In this document: positions 9,393 to 19,200 of the stretch, piece by piece
Position numbering within the stretch: position 1 is the stretch's first letter
How the letters are laid out: each line of letters begins with the position of its first letter
Position numbers and translations under genes: made by a program
The notes under the pieces: generated by a model
What the model saw: the letters and a program-made list of their open reading frames with translations, nothing else
Database searches by the model: none
Told to the model about the DNA's origin: nothing
From: a virus
Taxonomy: Duplodnaviria; Caudoviricetes
IMG/VR virus record: IMGVR_UViG_3300034061_003450
Coordinates: 1-56,103 of that record
Direction: 5' to 3' (one strand)
Length of the DNA stretch: 56,103 nucleotides

Positions 9393-9865
9393 CCGGCCTC
9401 CTCTGCTGGCACGCGAATAAAGAGAGGGACAGCAAGAAGAGGCCCGAGCCGTTCGTTCCCCGCGACTTCTGCTGGTGGGCGGAAAAGGCCGAACCGCCCA
9501 AGGGAACGGCAGAGGCCGGCGCGGCGATGCTGGAACTGATCAAGCGCGAGCAGTTCGGCGGCCAGTTCCACGGCCCCTGGACCGATGAGCTGGAGGAAGC
9601 CGGCGCGAAGGGCAAGGCGCCGGAGCTGCTGGCATGGGCGGCCGAGGATGCGATCCTGCTGGCGCCGCATCGGGTGGACGGCCAGCGGTGGGGCGGCTAC
9701 CTGATCGCGATGGCTGAGGCCAGTGGCCAGACGCGGGAGTTCTTCAATCAAGCCGGGGATTCAGTGTTGCTCGTGGTCCCCGAGACCGTTGGAGAAGAGG
9801 GCGAAGTTGAGGCGGATCCCCAGGCCGTTCTCCCCATTGCCGGATCACCCGCCGCAGACGATTGA
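9188..9865 (+). CDS. tail assembly chaperone extension (gpT-like) via -1 frameshift
   Basis: -1 frame ORF (PDWGAIFWRL...) with no convincing start of its own; GGGGGAG at 9188-9194. Confidence 0.6.
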   Translation, partial: GGVAAGRWQPATEPDWGAIFWRLRDAFPGGDEFSPERFGKLTVSYIFEACEAAEKIERRRLHHNELPIAGLLCWHANKERDSKKRPEPFVPRDFCWWAEKAEPPKGTAEAGAAMLELIKREQFGGQFHGPWTDELEEAGAKGKAPELLAWAAEDAILLAPHRVDGQRWGGYLIAMAEASGQTREFFNQAGDSVLLVVPETVGEEGEVEADPQAVLPIAGSPAADD

Positions 9866-10007
9866 CCTGCCCTTCCGCTTCGGTCACCGATGGGAAGTAA
9901 CCGAGGGAGAGCTGCCGACCTCGATACCAGACCCGCGCCTGCCACGGTCGCTTCCGGTTCCTTGGCCGATGCGCAACACCAGGCGGCAAGGTGCCGTGGG
10001 GAATCAC
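9744..10007 (-). CDS. AP2-like DNA-binding domain protein
   Basis: PGV..R....PWQARVWYRGRQLSLGYFPSVTEA matches the AP2 pattern; GGGAAACTGA upstream on the - strand (10042-10051). Confidence 0.6.
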   Translation of the reverse strand: MIPHGTLPPGVAHRPRNRKRPWQARVWYRGRQLSLGYFPSVTEAEGQVNRLRRVIRQWGERPGDPPQLRPLLQRSRGPRATLNPRLD

Positions 10008-10055
10008 AGGTTACAGCGGCGGGACTGCTGAGGGGGACAGATCAGTTTCCCGCTC

Positions 10056-10913
10056 ATGGCCCGCGCATTTGGTTACAGGGTGTATGGCCAGCTCCTGAAA
10101 CCCAGTTTTGTTGACGCGGCGATTGCTGCGGTGGCGGCTGCTGAAGCTTCGCGGAACGTGACCGGCGTGGGCGGGTTCATGGACATCTCCACGCTGGTCA
10201 GCGCCGCTGCGACCGTTGACCAGGGCGGCCTTGGGGTGGGCGAGATTTACAACATCACCCTCAACCGTGCGACCCGGACCGTCACCAATGCGGCGCTGGC
10301 ATCGAACGTGGCGACGCTGACGATTGGCACGCACAACGTTACCGTCGGCGCTCGGATTGTGGTTGCCGACCTGCCGTCGCCGTTCGTCAGCCTGAACGGG
10401 ACCTACACCGTGACGGCCATCGCGGCGACGACCGTAAGCTATGCCCTGACCGGATCGAACATCACCAGCGCGTCGGTTGCAGCCGGCACCGTGACCGGGG
10501 GCGAGGACCTGAAGATGGACGGGACCGATAAGCCGTTCAGGATTCTGGGTCTGCAGTCGGTGGGATTCAGCAGCGATACCAGCTCGGATCAGGACGAGAC
10601 CATGGACGACGAGTCCGGCGGCTATGTCCGAGCGGAACCCGCCAGCAAGAATGGCAGCCTGGATCTCGCAGGGAAGGCCAATCTGTACGACTCGGCCTAC
10701 AAGTTGATGCGATTGGCGGAGAAGCGGAACGTGGCGGACGGCATCATGGCGAAGATCGTCAGAGTCGGGCCGAGGGGCATCGATGAGTACCAGTTTGGCG
10801 TCGGGTTCTTCAGTGGTATTGAATCGCCGGCCGATGCTGGAACCACGGTGAAGTGGAGCAGCACGTTCGAGTTCGACTCGGCGCCGGGGCTGGTGTTCGC
10901 GAACGCCGCCTGA
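10056..10913 (+). CDS. major tail (tube) protein with inserted beta-rich domain
   Basis: Size, position, and tube-like C-terminal half (DQDETMDDESGG, TTVKWSSTF). Confidence 0.7.
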   Translation: MARAFGYRVYGQLLKPSFVDAAIAAVAAAEASRNVTGVGGFMDISTLVSAAATVDQGGLGVGEIYNITLNRATRTVTNAALASNVATLTIGTHNVTVGARIVVADLPSPFVSLNGTYTVTAIAATTVSYALTGSNITSASVAAGTVTGGEDLKMDGTDKPFRILGLQSVGFSSDTSSDQDETMDDESGGYVRAEPASKNGSLDLAGKANLYDSAYKLMRLAEKRNVADGIMAKIVRVGPRGIDEYQFGVGFFSGIESPADAGTTVKWSSTFEFDSAPGLVFANAA

Positions 10914-11022
10914 GGGTAGGCAGCAGGCGGTTCAAGTAGCGCAGGAGGGTCTGCTGGGTGGAGCGGTCGAGCTTCTTCAGCTGACCCTTGGCCGTTTCAG
11001 AGAACCTCAGGGTCCAGGCCAA
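10914..11022 (-). pseudogene. relE: truncated RelE/StbE-family toxin
   Basis: MAWTLRFSETAKGQLKKLDRSTQQTLLRYL is a RelE N-terminus; similarity ends where the frame enters the antisense of the tail gene, and the RxRxGxYR half is absent. Confidence 0.7.
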
Positions 11023-11233
11023 GTTCGCTCACCACTTCATCGAAGCTGTAGGTCCGCTCCTTGCCCAAGCGAACCCGCTCAGCAACTGCCGCGCCCAGGT
11101 AGGCGTCCTCGAGATCCTCGAGGCCTTGCTCGATCAGCTCGCGGACGTAGTAGGCCTTGCTGCGGCCAGTGGTTTCAGCGAGGCGACCCAGGCGGGCCTC
11201 AACACCTGGGTCGAGCCGAACAGAGGTAGGCAT
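10997..11233 (-). CDS. relB: RelB/CopG-like ribbon-helix-helix antitoxin
   Basis: SVRLD..VEARL..LA..TGRSKAYYVRELI...LEDLED...YSFDEV..ELGL; overlaps the relE start. Confidence 0.85.
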   Translation of the reverse strand: MPTSVRLDPGVEARLGRLAETTGRSKAYYVRELIEQGLEDLEDAYLGAAVAERVRLGKERTYSFDEVVSELGLDPEVL

Positions 11234-11353
11234 CGGCTTGCGATCGGTGTATTCACCCTAGACCGGGAAAGTGTCACGGATCGGCCGGTTCGTCAATCAT
11301 GCGGCGAATCACACCGGACGGCAGCGGCCGGCGGGGCAGGCGGCGGGTATCAT

Positions 11354-11514
11354 CAGCACAGCCCCCTAGGGGGCCTGTTGCGTCAAGGGGCGTTACCCTT
11401 GGTGTAGCTGGAAAACTCACCTGATACTCCGGGTGGGCGATCCCAGATCCGGCGCCGCTCAAAGCAAGGATCTGGGGATGGATTAGGGAGGGGCTCTAGG
11501 GCCCCTTTCTTATT
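11354..11514 (+). ncRNA. candidate structured small RNA
   Basis: Five successive hairpins and no credible ORF; TATCAT upstream, GGAAAACTCA at 11410, terminator hairpin at 11488-11514. Confidence 0.4.
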
Positions 11515-11527
11515 GGGCTGGGGTCGC

Positions 11528-11779
11528 TCACATCAACGGATCATCCCAAGGCGCCGGCACCGTCTCAGGGATCCCCGGCATGGTGGCGCCGCAGTGCTGA
11601 CGGATCATCCACTGGGTCGCCGCCTTCTGGGTCTGCCACGCCTGCAGCAGCAGCTTGGCCAGCTTGCGCAGCTCCCCCACGTCGGACGTGCCATCGATGG
11701 TCCGGCCCATGCGTTCCAGCTCGAACTGTTGCGCGATCGTCAGCTCCATCGCCTGGATCGAGGACACTGGATCAGCCAT
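11528..11779 (-). CDS. nblA: NblA-like phycobilisome degradation protein
   Basis: ELTIAQQFELERM...LRKLAKLLLQAWQTQKAATQWMIRQ resembles the NblA LSLEQQF two-helix pattern; late motif 22 nt upstream. Confidence 0.75.
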   Translation of the reverse strand: MADPVSSIQAMELTIAQQFELERMGRTIDGTSDVGELRKLAKLLLQAWQTQKAATQWMIRQHCGATMPGIPETVPAPWDDPLM

Positions 11780-11801
11780 CGCGGGAGCGCAGAAACTTGG
11801 T

Positions 11802-11823
11802 GCAGTTTTCCCGGGGAAACTGA
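11802..11823. promoter_or_regulatory. back-to-back late motifs (GGAAAACTGC on -, GGGAAACTGA on +)
   Basis: gcagttttcc-cg-gggaaactga near-palindrome between divergent genes. Confidence 0.65.
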
Positions 11824-11843
11824 GGGGAGATGCTGCGGCTGGA

Positions 11844-12017
11844 ATGGGGATCACGAGCGACTGGGGCCATATCGGGCGGTTTGCATGGCTCAACTCCCGC
11901 CAGTTCGCCGTCAACGCCAAAGTCAATGACACGCCAATCGGCAAGATCCGATTGCAGATGTGGGGCAACTGGGGCTGGGGTGAGATTTCCGTAGGCGAGG
12001 TCGAGCACATCCGATGA
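11844..12017 (+). CDS. hypothetical protein
   Basis: 57-aa ORF after the motif; ATGA overlap with the next gene. Confidence 0.5.
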   Translation: MGITSDWGHIGRFAWLNSRQFAVNAKVNDTPIGKIRLQMWGNWGWGEISVGEVEHIR

Positions 12018-12448
12018 CCCTCCCAACCGACCCCCTCGGCGTCCACGACCTCCTGGCGGCCGACACCGCGCTGATGGCACTGGTGGGCACCTATGCGCTG
12101 GCCGACGGCACCACGCGGCCGGCGATTGCCACCCTCTGGCCCAATGAACGCGGCCCCGGCGGCAACACCACGGCCGGCGTCGAGGTGGTCGTCGCCCGGG
12201 GCACCAGCGGCACCGCCGAGACGTTCCTCTCCGGCGGCGAGGCCATCACCCGCGTGATCAGGCTGTATGTGACGCAGTGGCAGCCGGCCAGCGGCACTGC
12301 CAATCTGGAGGCCGCCGTCGTGCGGATCGGTCAGCTCCTGCCCGGCGCCACCTGGCAACCCATCAACCTCCCGGATGGCTTGACCGGCCTCGGGCAATAC
12401 GCGGTGCGATGGGACGCGGAAGAGGCTGACCGCTGGGCGGAAAACTGA
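12014..12448 (+). CDS. putative tail terminator protein
   Basis: LLAADTALMALVG start typical of tail terminators; precedes the tape measure gene. Confidence 0.6.
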   Translation: MTLPTDPLGVHDLLAADTALMALVGTYALADGTTRPAIATLWPNERGPGGNTTAGVEVVVARGTSGTAETFLSGGEAITRVIRLYVTQWQPASGTANLEAAVVRIGQLLPGATWQPINLPDGLTGLGQYAVRWDAEEADRWAEN

Positions 12449-12468
12449 GGCAATAGGCGGGGCAGCGG

Positions 12469-15468
12469 GTGTCGGATTTCCAGATCAGCGTCGACCTGGA
12501 TACGGCCGGCATCCTGCAGGGCTTCCGGCAGATCGAATCCCAGGCGCAGGCGAGTGGGCAGAAAGCCGGCCTCGGGATTCAGGACGGCCTGAACCGCTTC
12601 GGCAAGCGCAGCATCGCGGCGCTGTCGGAGGAGCTGGCCAGGCTGCAGAGCCGGCAGGTGCGGCTGAACGTTGACAGCTCGGCGTTCGCCAAGACAGGAG
12701 CGAAGATCCGCGAGCTTGAGGGGCTGATCCAGCAGGTGAACCGCCGGCAACTCGCGGTCAACACCGACCCGCGGTCGCTGGTGGTGATGCGGCAGAGGGT
12801 GGCCGACCTGAACAGCGAGCTCGAAAGGGTGAAGGTTGGAAGTCCGGCGTTCAAGGCGCTGAAGCGGGACGTGGCAGGCGCCGCCGCCGAGCTGGACAAG
12901 GCAGAGAAGGCCGCCGGTCGTGCTCAGCGTGGTTTCGGTGGCCTGATCCAGACCCTTGCCGGCCTGGGTGCCGGCGCGGCGGTGCTCGGGTTCTTCCGGT
13001 CGTCCATCAATGAGGCGATCGAACTGGAGACGATCACCCGCAAGCTGTCCAACACCCTCGGCGCCCAAGGTGCAGCCGGTGCGCTGTCGTTCACCCGGAA
13101 GCTATCCGCCGATCTGGGACTGTCGTTCAAGACCCTGGCCGGCACCTTCGCCAGCTTCACCGCTGCAGCATCGGCGGCGAACGTGCCGATGGAGGTTCAG
13201 AAAGACCTATTCGCCGCCGTCGCCAAGACCGGCCAGGCGCTGGGCCTCAGCAATGACGAGCTCAGCGGATCCCTCCTGGCGCTGCAGCAGGTGGCGTCGA
13301 AGGGCACCGTGCAGATGGAAGAACTCCGCGGCCAGCTCGGCGAGCGGATGCCCATTGCGTTCGCCGCAACCGCCAAGGGCCTCGGGATCACGTCCGCGGA
13401 ACTGATCAAGCTGGTGGAATCCGGCAAGCTCACTGCCTCGCAATTCTTCCCTGCCCTCACCAAGGGCCTTAACGAGCTGACCGCCGGCTCCGGCGGCGTC
13501 GAGACCGCAGCGCAGAACTTCCAGAAGCTCGCCAACGCCTGGACTGATCTGCAGGCATCGTTCGGCACCAGTCTGCTGCCGATCGTCACCAAGCAGGTGA
13601 CCACGTTGACCCAGGCGCTTGAAGGGCTGGGGGTGGAGTTGAAGGCGAAGGAGCTCCGCCAGTCGTTCGGCCTGTCAGTGGACGAGGCGGAGCAACTGGT
13701 GGGGATCCTCGGCGAGATCCAGACCCGCTACAACCTCTCCGCGCAGCAGGCGAAGAACCTCCTCAGCGTGGCGATCGCCAACACCGGCGCCAGTCGCGAT
13801 TGGTTCGGTGAGCTGAATCTGGGCGGGAAGCGATTCGAGAAGGTTCAGCTCAACCTGAACGACCTGGCGAAGCAGTTCCGGGCGACGAACCGCGACCTGG
13901 TGGCGGAGAAGCAGAAGGAAGGCCAGGCGGCTGTGACGCTGGCGGACCAGGAGGCGAATCGGGTCAAGCTGAAGCGCGAATCCCTCGCCCTCAGCCTCGC
14001 CGAGGTGGATGCGGTCACCGCCGTCGCCGCGGCACAGGCCAGGGCTGCATCGGCTGCCGCCGGCCTGGCGATCAGCCAGCGGGATGCGGTGCTCTCCTAC
14101 GGCAGCGCCGTGCAAGGGGTCGAGCAGAGCCGGTTCGACATCGCCCGGTCGTTCAATCAATACGAGCTCAGCCAGCTACAGGAGCGGGGCGCGAGTGAGG
14201 CGCAACTGCGGGCGAAGCGGAAGGAAGGTGAGGCGATCGAACTGCAGGCGCTGCAGGCCAAGATCCAGAGCACCAGGGTGATGCAAGGCGTCGAGCTGCA
14301 GACGTTGAGCATCAAACAGCAGCAGGCGCGACTGGAGGCGGCAACGTCCCTTGATCAGGCGGTGCTGGCGGCGAAGAAAGCAGCGCTCGCGGTTGATCAG
14401 GCATCGCTGGAGACCGACGTGAAGAAACGGGACGTGGCGGTGCAGCAGGCGCAGGCGAACCTGGAGATTGCCAATCTCGACTTGCGGGCGGCGCTCGGGA
14501 AGAAAGCGGCGCTCGAACAACTGCAGCCGCTGGAGGCTGCGACTGTGCTCGCCACTCAGGCGACGGCGCGGAACCAGCAGGCGGCCGAAGCCGCTGCCAA
14601 GGACTACGGCGTGGCCGTCGACGGCACGCTGGTCAAAATCAAGGGCATCGCGGGCGAGTTCCAGGGCCTGTCCACCGCGACCGGTCTCGCCGCCGATCAG
14701 CAACGCCGGCTGGCGGACCTGGCCCAAGCCACCGGGCTGCAGACCAGGATCGCCGCGGATGGGTCGGTGGAGATCGGGCAGGCGATCAAGGGATCGACCG
14801 GTGGCGCGAATGCCCTCGCCGGGTCGTTCACCAAGGTGGGCGATGCGGCACCGACGGCGGCGCAGGGTGCGAGGGACTTTGCCGGGTTCCTGTCCAAGGG
14901 GCAGAACTTCGCCAAGGGGATCGCCGGGGTGGGCATCGACACAGTGGTAGGTAGCGCCGCTCAGAAAGCCGGCGGACTGGCCCAGCAGATGAACAGCGCC
15001 GCCAACGCCGCCGACCGGTTCTACGGCTCCCTCCTCAACGCCTCCGGCCTCCCCGGCGCGTACTTCACCGGCGGCCCGGTCGGTGCCGGCGAGCGGATCC
15101 GCATCAATGATGGCCCGGGTGGGCGGAGCCTGGGGCAGGAGTCGTTCCTGTCCAGCAGCGGTAGCCTCAGCCTGATCAATCGCCCGGCCAACAGCCTCTG
15201 GGTCACCCCGTCGAGCGGCATGGTGGTGCCGGCGGCGGTGACCGATCAGCTCAAGTCCGCGGGGGCGTTCGGGCCCACCAAGACGCTATCCAGGGTGACA
15301 CCAAGGGCGGCCGGCGGGGATCCCGCGACCGCTGCCCTGGCCGTGGAAGTCTCCCGACTCCGCGCCGAGGTGAGCGAGCTGAACCGCAAGCGCTGGGACG
15401 TCAACGTGCAACTCCGCCAGGACGGCAGCGGCCTCCGGATGCAGCGGATGCTCAACAACATGAGCTGA
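12469..15468 (+). CDS. tape measure protein
   Basis: ALQQVASKGTVQMEELRGQLGERMP tape-measure motif; 999 aa, Ala-rich and helical. Confidence 0.93.
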   Translation: MSDFQISVDLDTAGILQGFRQIESQAQASGQKAGLGIQDGLNRFGKRSIAALSEELARLQSRQVRLNVDSSAFAKTGAKIRELEGLIQQVNRRQLAVNTDPRSLVVMRQRVADLNSELERVKVGSPAFKALKRDVAGAAAELDKAEKAAGRAQRGFGGLIQTLAGLGAGAAVLGFFRSSINEAIELETITRKLSNTLGAQGAAGALSFTRKLSADLGLSFKTLAGTFASFTAAASAANVPMEVQKDLFAAVAKTGQALGLSNDELSGSLLALQQVASKGTVQMEELRGQLGERMPIAFAATAKGLGITSAELIKLVESGKLTASQFFPALTKGLNELTAGSGGVETAAQNFQKLANAWTDLQASFGTSLLPIVTKQVTTLTQALEGLGVELKAKELRQSFGLSVDEAEQLVGILGEIQTRYNLSAQQAKNLLSVAIANTGASRDWFGELNLGGKRFEKVQLNLNDLAKQFRATNRDLVAEKQKEGQAAVTLADQEANRVKLKRESLALSLAEVDAVTAVAAAQARAASAAAGLAISQRDAVLSYGSAVQGVEQSRFDIARSFNQYELSQLQERGASEAQLRAKRKEGEAIELQALQAKIQSTRVMQGVELQTLSIKQQQARLEAATSLDQAVLAAKKAALAVDQASLETDVKKRDVAVQQAQANLEIANLDLRAALGKKAALEQLQPLEAATVLATQATARNQQAAEAAAKDYGVAVDGTLVKIKGIAGEFQGLSTATGLAADQQRRLADLAQATGLQTRIAADGSVEIGQAIKGSTGGANALAGSFTKVGDAAPTAAQGARDFAGFLSKGQNFAKGIAGVGIDTVVGSAAQKAGGLAQQMNSAANAADRFYGSLLNASGLPGAYFTGGPVGAGERIRINDGPGGRSLGQESFLSSSGSLSLINRPANSLWVTPSSGMVVPAAVTDQLKSAGAFGPTKTLSRVTPRAAGGDPATAALAVEVSRLRAEVSELNRKRWDVNVQLRQDGSGLRMQRMLNNMS

Positions 15469-15486
15469 CCGCCGGAAAACTGAGGT

Positions 15487-16236
15487 ATGGCGGTCACTCT
15501 CGGCAGTCTGACGATCGACCGCCTGCAGGCTCAGCCTTGCGGGTGGTCTGAAACCGACGTGCAGGCTGGCCTCGCCGCACGTCGGTGGTCGGTTGTCGGT
15601 CGCGTGCGGTCCGCCCAGTGGCTCGCAATCTGGGATGCGTTCGACGCCTGGCGTGCGACCCGGATGACCGACGCGCCCACCATGGCAAGCCTCGCCACGG
15701 GCACCACCGTCACGTTCTCCGGCTCCAGTTACGGCAAGTCCTGGACGAACGTCCCCTGCTGGTTCACCGCAGCGCCGCAGGGTGAAGCCGTCGGCGTGTT
15801 CATCCGCGTCTCCTTCGAGCTGGTGGCCGCCGCCGATCAGCTCGCGGTCATGCTCCGCCAGCAGGAGCTCAGCCGGCTTGAGGACGCCGCGCTCCTGCCG
15901 GCCTACGGCACCTATTCCCTCGGCGGCGTCACGCTCACCCTGCTGGAGGAACCGGACGGATTCGAGGACGTGCCCAGCATGGCGCTTGCGGCTACCGGCA
16001 CCAGCTACGTGCAGGGCGCCAGGGCCGCCAGCCAGGTGAAGCGGATCCAGGGGTGGTGTGCACCGAGCAACAAATCAACCCTCCTCACCTGGTTCGCCAA
16101 TGCGATCCAGGCCCGCCCTACCGCCGGCTCGTGGTTCCCGGCCTCTGACCCGCAATTCTCCCAAGACCGGATTCTGGTGAACGGCGCCGTCGTCGAGCGG
16201 CTGATCGTCACCATCACGATGAAGCTCGCACGATGA
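15487..16236 (+). CDS. distal tail (Dit-like) protein
   Basis: Position after the tape measure gene; internal two-fold similarity. Confidence 0.55.
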   Translation: MAVTLGSLTIDRLQAQPCGWSETDVQAGLAARRWSVVGRVRSAQWLAIWDAFDAWRATRMTDAPTMASLATGTTVTFSGSSYGKSWTNVPCWFTAAPQGEAVGVFIRVSFELVAAADQLAVMLRQQELSRLEDAALLPAYGTYSLGGVTLTLLEEPDGFEDVPSMALAATGTSYVQGARAASQVKRIQGWCAPSNKSTLLTWFANAIQARPTAGSWFPASDPQFSQDRILVNGAVVERLIVTITMKLAR

Positions 16237-19200
16237 CCGTCGACGTTCGCTGCACGGTCGCCACCGATCAGGGGATCTCGGCCAGCGGATCGCTGTCGGA
16301 AGATCACATTGACGTCACGAACAAACTCGCGACGGTGCGGGGCACGATTGAGTTCCTGGGGATCAAGAACCTCGCCCGCGGCACCGCCGTCAACGTCGCC
16401 TACACCGTCCCCGGCTACAGCGAGGTGACCCGGTTCCCGCGGCGGCTCCGGATCCTCAGCAGCAAGGTGGATCCGTTCGCGGAGATCACCACGGCGCAGG
16501 TCGGCTGCCTGCTGGCGCTGAAATCCGACCTCCGGCCGCCCGACACGATCGCCGCCTCTGCCAATGAACCGGCATGGGTGGCAGCACTGCCGGCGAACAT
16601 GTCCGACGTGCTGCCGGTGCCGGTGTTCGCCGCCGACGTGCTGGCCTACTGCCTGGACAAGCTCGGCATCACGGCAGCGAGCGGGAACGTCGCCCTCACA
16701 AGTGCGTTCCTGCGCGAAGAGCTGGACCTCAGCGCCGGTTACGTGCAGACGATCAACGACCTCATCGCTTCGGAGGCGTGTTACGGATTCATCAACGCCG
16801 CGGAGCAGTTCGTTGTCCGCAAGGTGCTCGCCACCGGCGCGACCGGCCCGGTGCTGACCAGGGATCAGCTCATCACCATGGAAGGCATCGATGGCGGTGC
16901 GCCGCCGGCTGATTCGATCCGCGTCACCTGGAGCGGTGCCGTCGAAGCACCGCCCGGGCTGGTGCTCGCGGACGTGCCGGTGGTGCCGGAACTGCCGGCC
17001 AGCCCCGGCGGCACGCTGAACCTCACCACTGAGCAGCAGGCTGGCATCACGGGGCTGGTCGATGGGATCCGCGCTGATTACAACCTCAGCGCGTCGATTG
17101 CCACCGGCGTCCTGAATCAGACGATTATCGCCAGCGGCGCCACGCCGGTCAGCGGTGTCGTTTCATTATCTGGCGCACAGTATAGCTATGTGGTGAACAA
17201 TACAGCAGCAAACGCTAGAACGTATGCGGATCAGCGGGACCGGGCGGAAAGAGATTCCGATGACTCGGACGGAAACCGGTCTCTGCGCGACTGGACCTAT
17301 GAGCAGACGATCTCGCCCGTTCGGACGTTCGTGCAGGAATACGTCACCGAGGCAGGCGTAGGCGGTGTTGACGTGGTGGCATTTGCTGCAACATCAACGA
17401 ACGTCACCACATTCGCCGATGTCGTCTATACCGACAACGAGGGCAACGAGAAGACCGAAAGTGTTGCCGTTCAGCGCAGCAGCCAGACCACCGATCGCGT
17501 CGGGCCCGCCAACCCGACCAGGTGGAAATCGAAGCTGGAGAACGGATCGCCCGCCAGGCCCGCTGATGAGCTGGTGAGGGGATCGGTCACGACGTACTTC
17601 AACATCCCGACGGCGGACGGGATCCGGGTCAAGTCAGAGGAGACGGTCGAATATGAGCCGCGGATCGGGTTTGCCGGTGGTCTCGGGATTCAGAACTGGG
17701 TCGGCATTGACCTCGGCCTGTCGTCGGTGCCGGTGAGCCGCACCGTCACCAGTTACGAATGGGATGAGGTCGCCGATACCACCAAAGTCACCGTCAGCCG
17801 GTGGCTGGCGTGGGGCAAGACGACCGAGGGCGCCAACGGCGCGGCCGCAGTGGCAAAGGCGCTGGAGAACTGGAGCGGCACATCGCTCGACGGGCAGCGG
17901 ATTGACGGCATCTATGCCCTGGTCAACTACTGCAGCGAGCTCGTCTTCGACGGCAGTGAGGTGCGCATCACTGCCGGCCGTGGCACCGCCCAGAAGCGCG
18001 GCAGCAAACAGGACCGGGCCCGCGATGCCCTCGGCCGCGACCCGCTGACCGGCCGGCGGCGCAGCACTGGCGGGCGGGGTGTGGGGCTGAGGTTCGGCAG
18101 CGGCTCGCCGACGGCATCCTCGCTCTACACCCTGCCGTTCCCGGCTGACGACACACTGGAAGGCGAGGAGGTTGACGGGCAGACGCTGCGGGCGCGGATT
18201 GCGCCGGGGAACGTTCAGGAACAGGCCAGAGTATATGGACAGATACAGAACGCGCTGGCCTTCGGTCATGCGAACGGCGTGGCGATCACGACCGAGATCA
18301 GGAACCTGCCCACCGAACCGCTCGGGGCGATGTTCGTCGAGGCGGCCGGCGTGTCGGGCGTGTTCCGCGCTAACGGCAGCTCATGGGCATGGGGCCCCGA
18401 GGGCATGATCGTCGGCACCGATGCGCTGCTGGTGGGCACCGCCGGCACCTATGCCGCGCCGGAGTTTGAGGATTCGTGGATCCCGGTGCCGGTCGCGATC
18501 AGCAGCCTGCCAACACTGGGGGCAGTGACGACGAACAGCAACCCGAAGCCGGCGAACACGATCACCACGCCCGGCGGGTTTGATCCAGTCGCCCCGGGCA
18601 GCCTATGGGCCAGCCTGCCGACGAACGGGACCGATGTGCCGGCCGTGGAGCGGACCGTTGGCGCCCTAGTGGAACCACGAAACGAACGGGTCGAGATGAT
18701 CGCCCGCTCACGCAGCGGCGCGAGGCTGACCGTCTACGACTATGCGCTGGATCTGGGGACCACGGAGCTGCGGGTGGTGAGCGTGTCGAAGGTCAGCCTG
18801 CCGGCGATCGTCACCCTGCCGCTGACGACCATCACGGTCACAGCGCTGGCGCCCACCATCGAGGGCTCGGCAACTGTCATCCTGCCGCTCACCACGATCA
18901 GCGTCACAGCTCTGGCGCCGGTTGTCGAAAGCCCCGGATCGGTCATCCTGCCGCTCACCACGCTCGCGGTGACGACGCTGGCGCCAGTAGTGGAGCAGGC
19001 CGGCGCCGTTGTTGTGTTGCCGCTCACCACTATCTCGGTGACGGCACTGGCGCCGACGGTGGCGGAGGTTGGCACAACTACAGATCCCAACTTCTCCAGT
19101 GTCTCCCTGCTGCTGCCGATGAATGGCACCAACGGCAGCACCACTTTCACCGACGTCAGCAACAACGCCTTCACCGTCACGCCCGCCGGCAACGCGCAGA

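Noticed and set aside
11780-12397. Long N-terminal extension of the nblA ORF (289 aa)
   Set aside because: It runs antisense to tail genes; the late motif position supports the start at 11779
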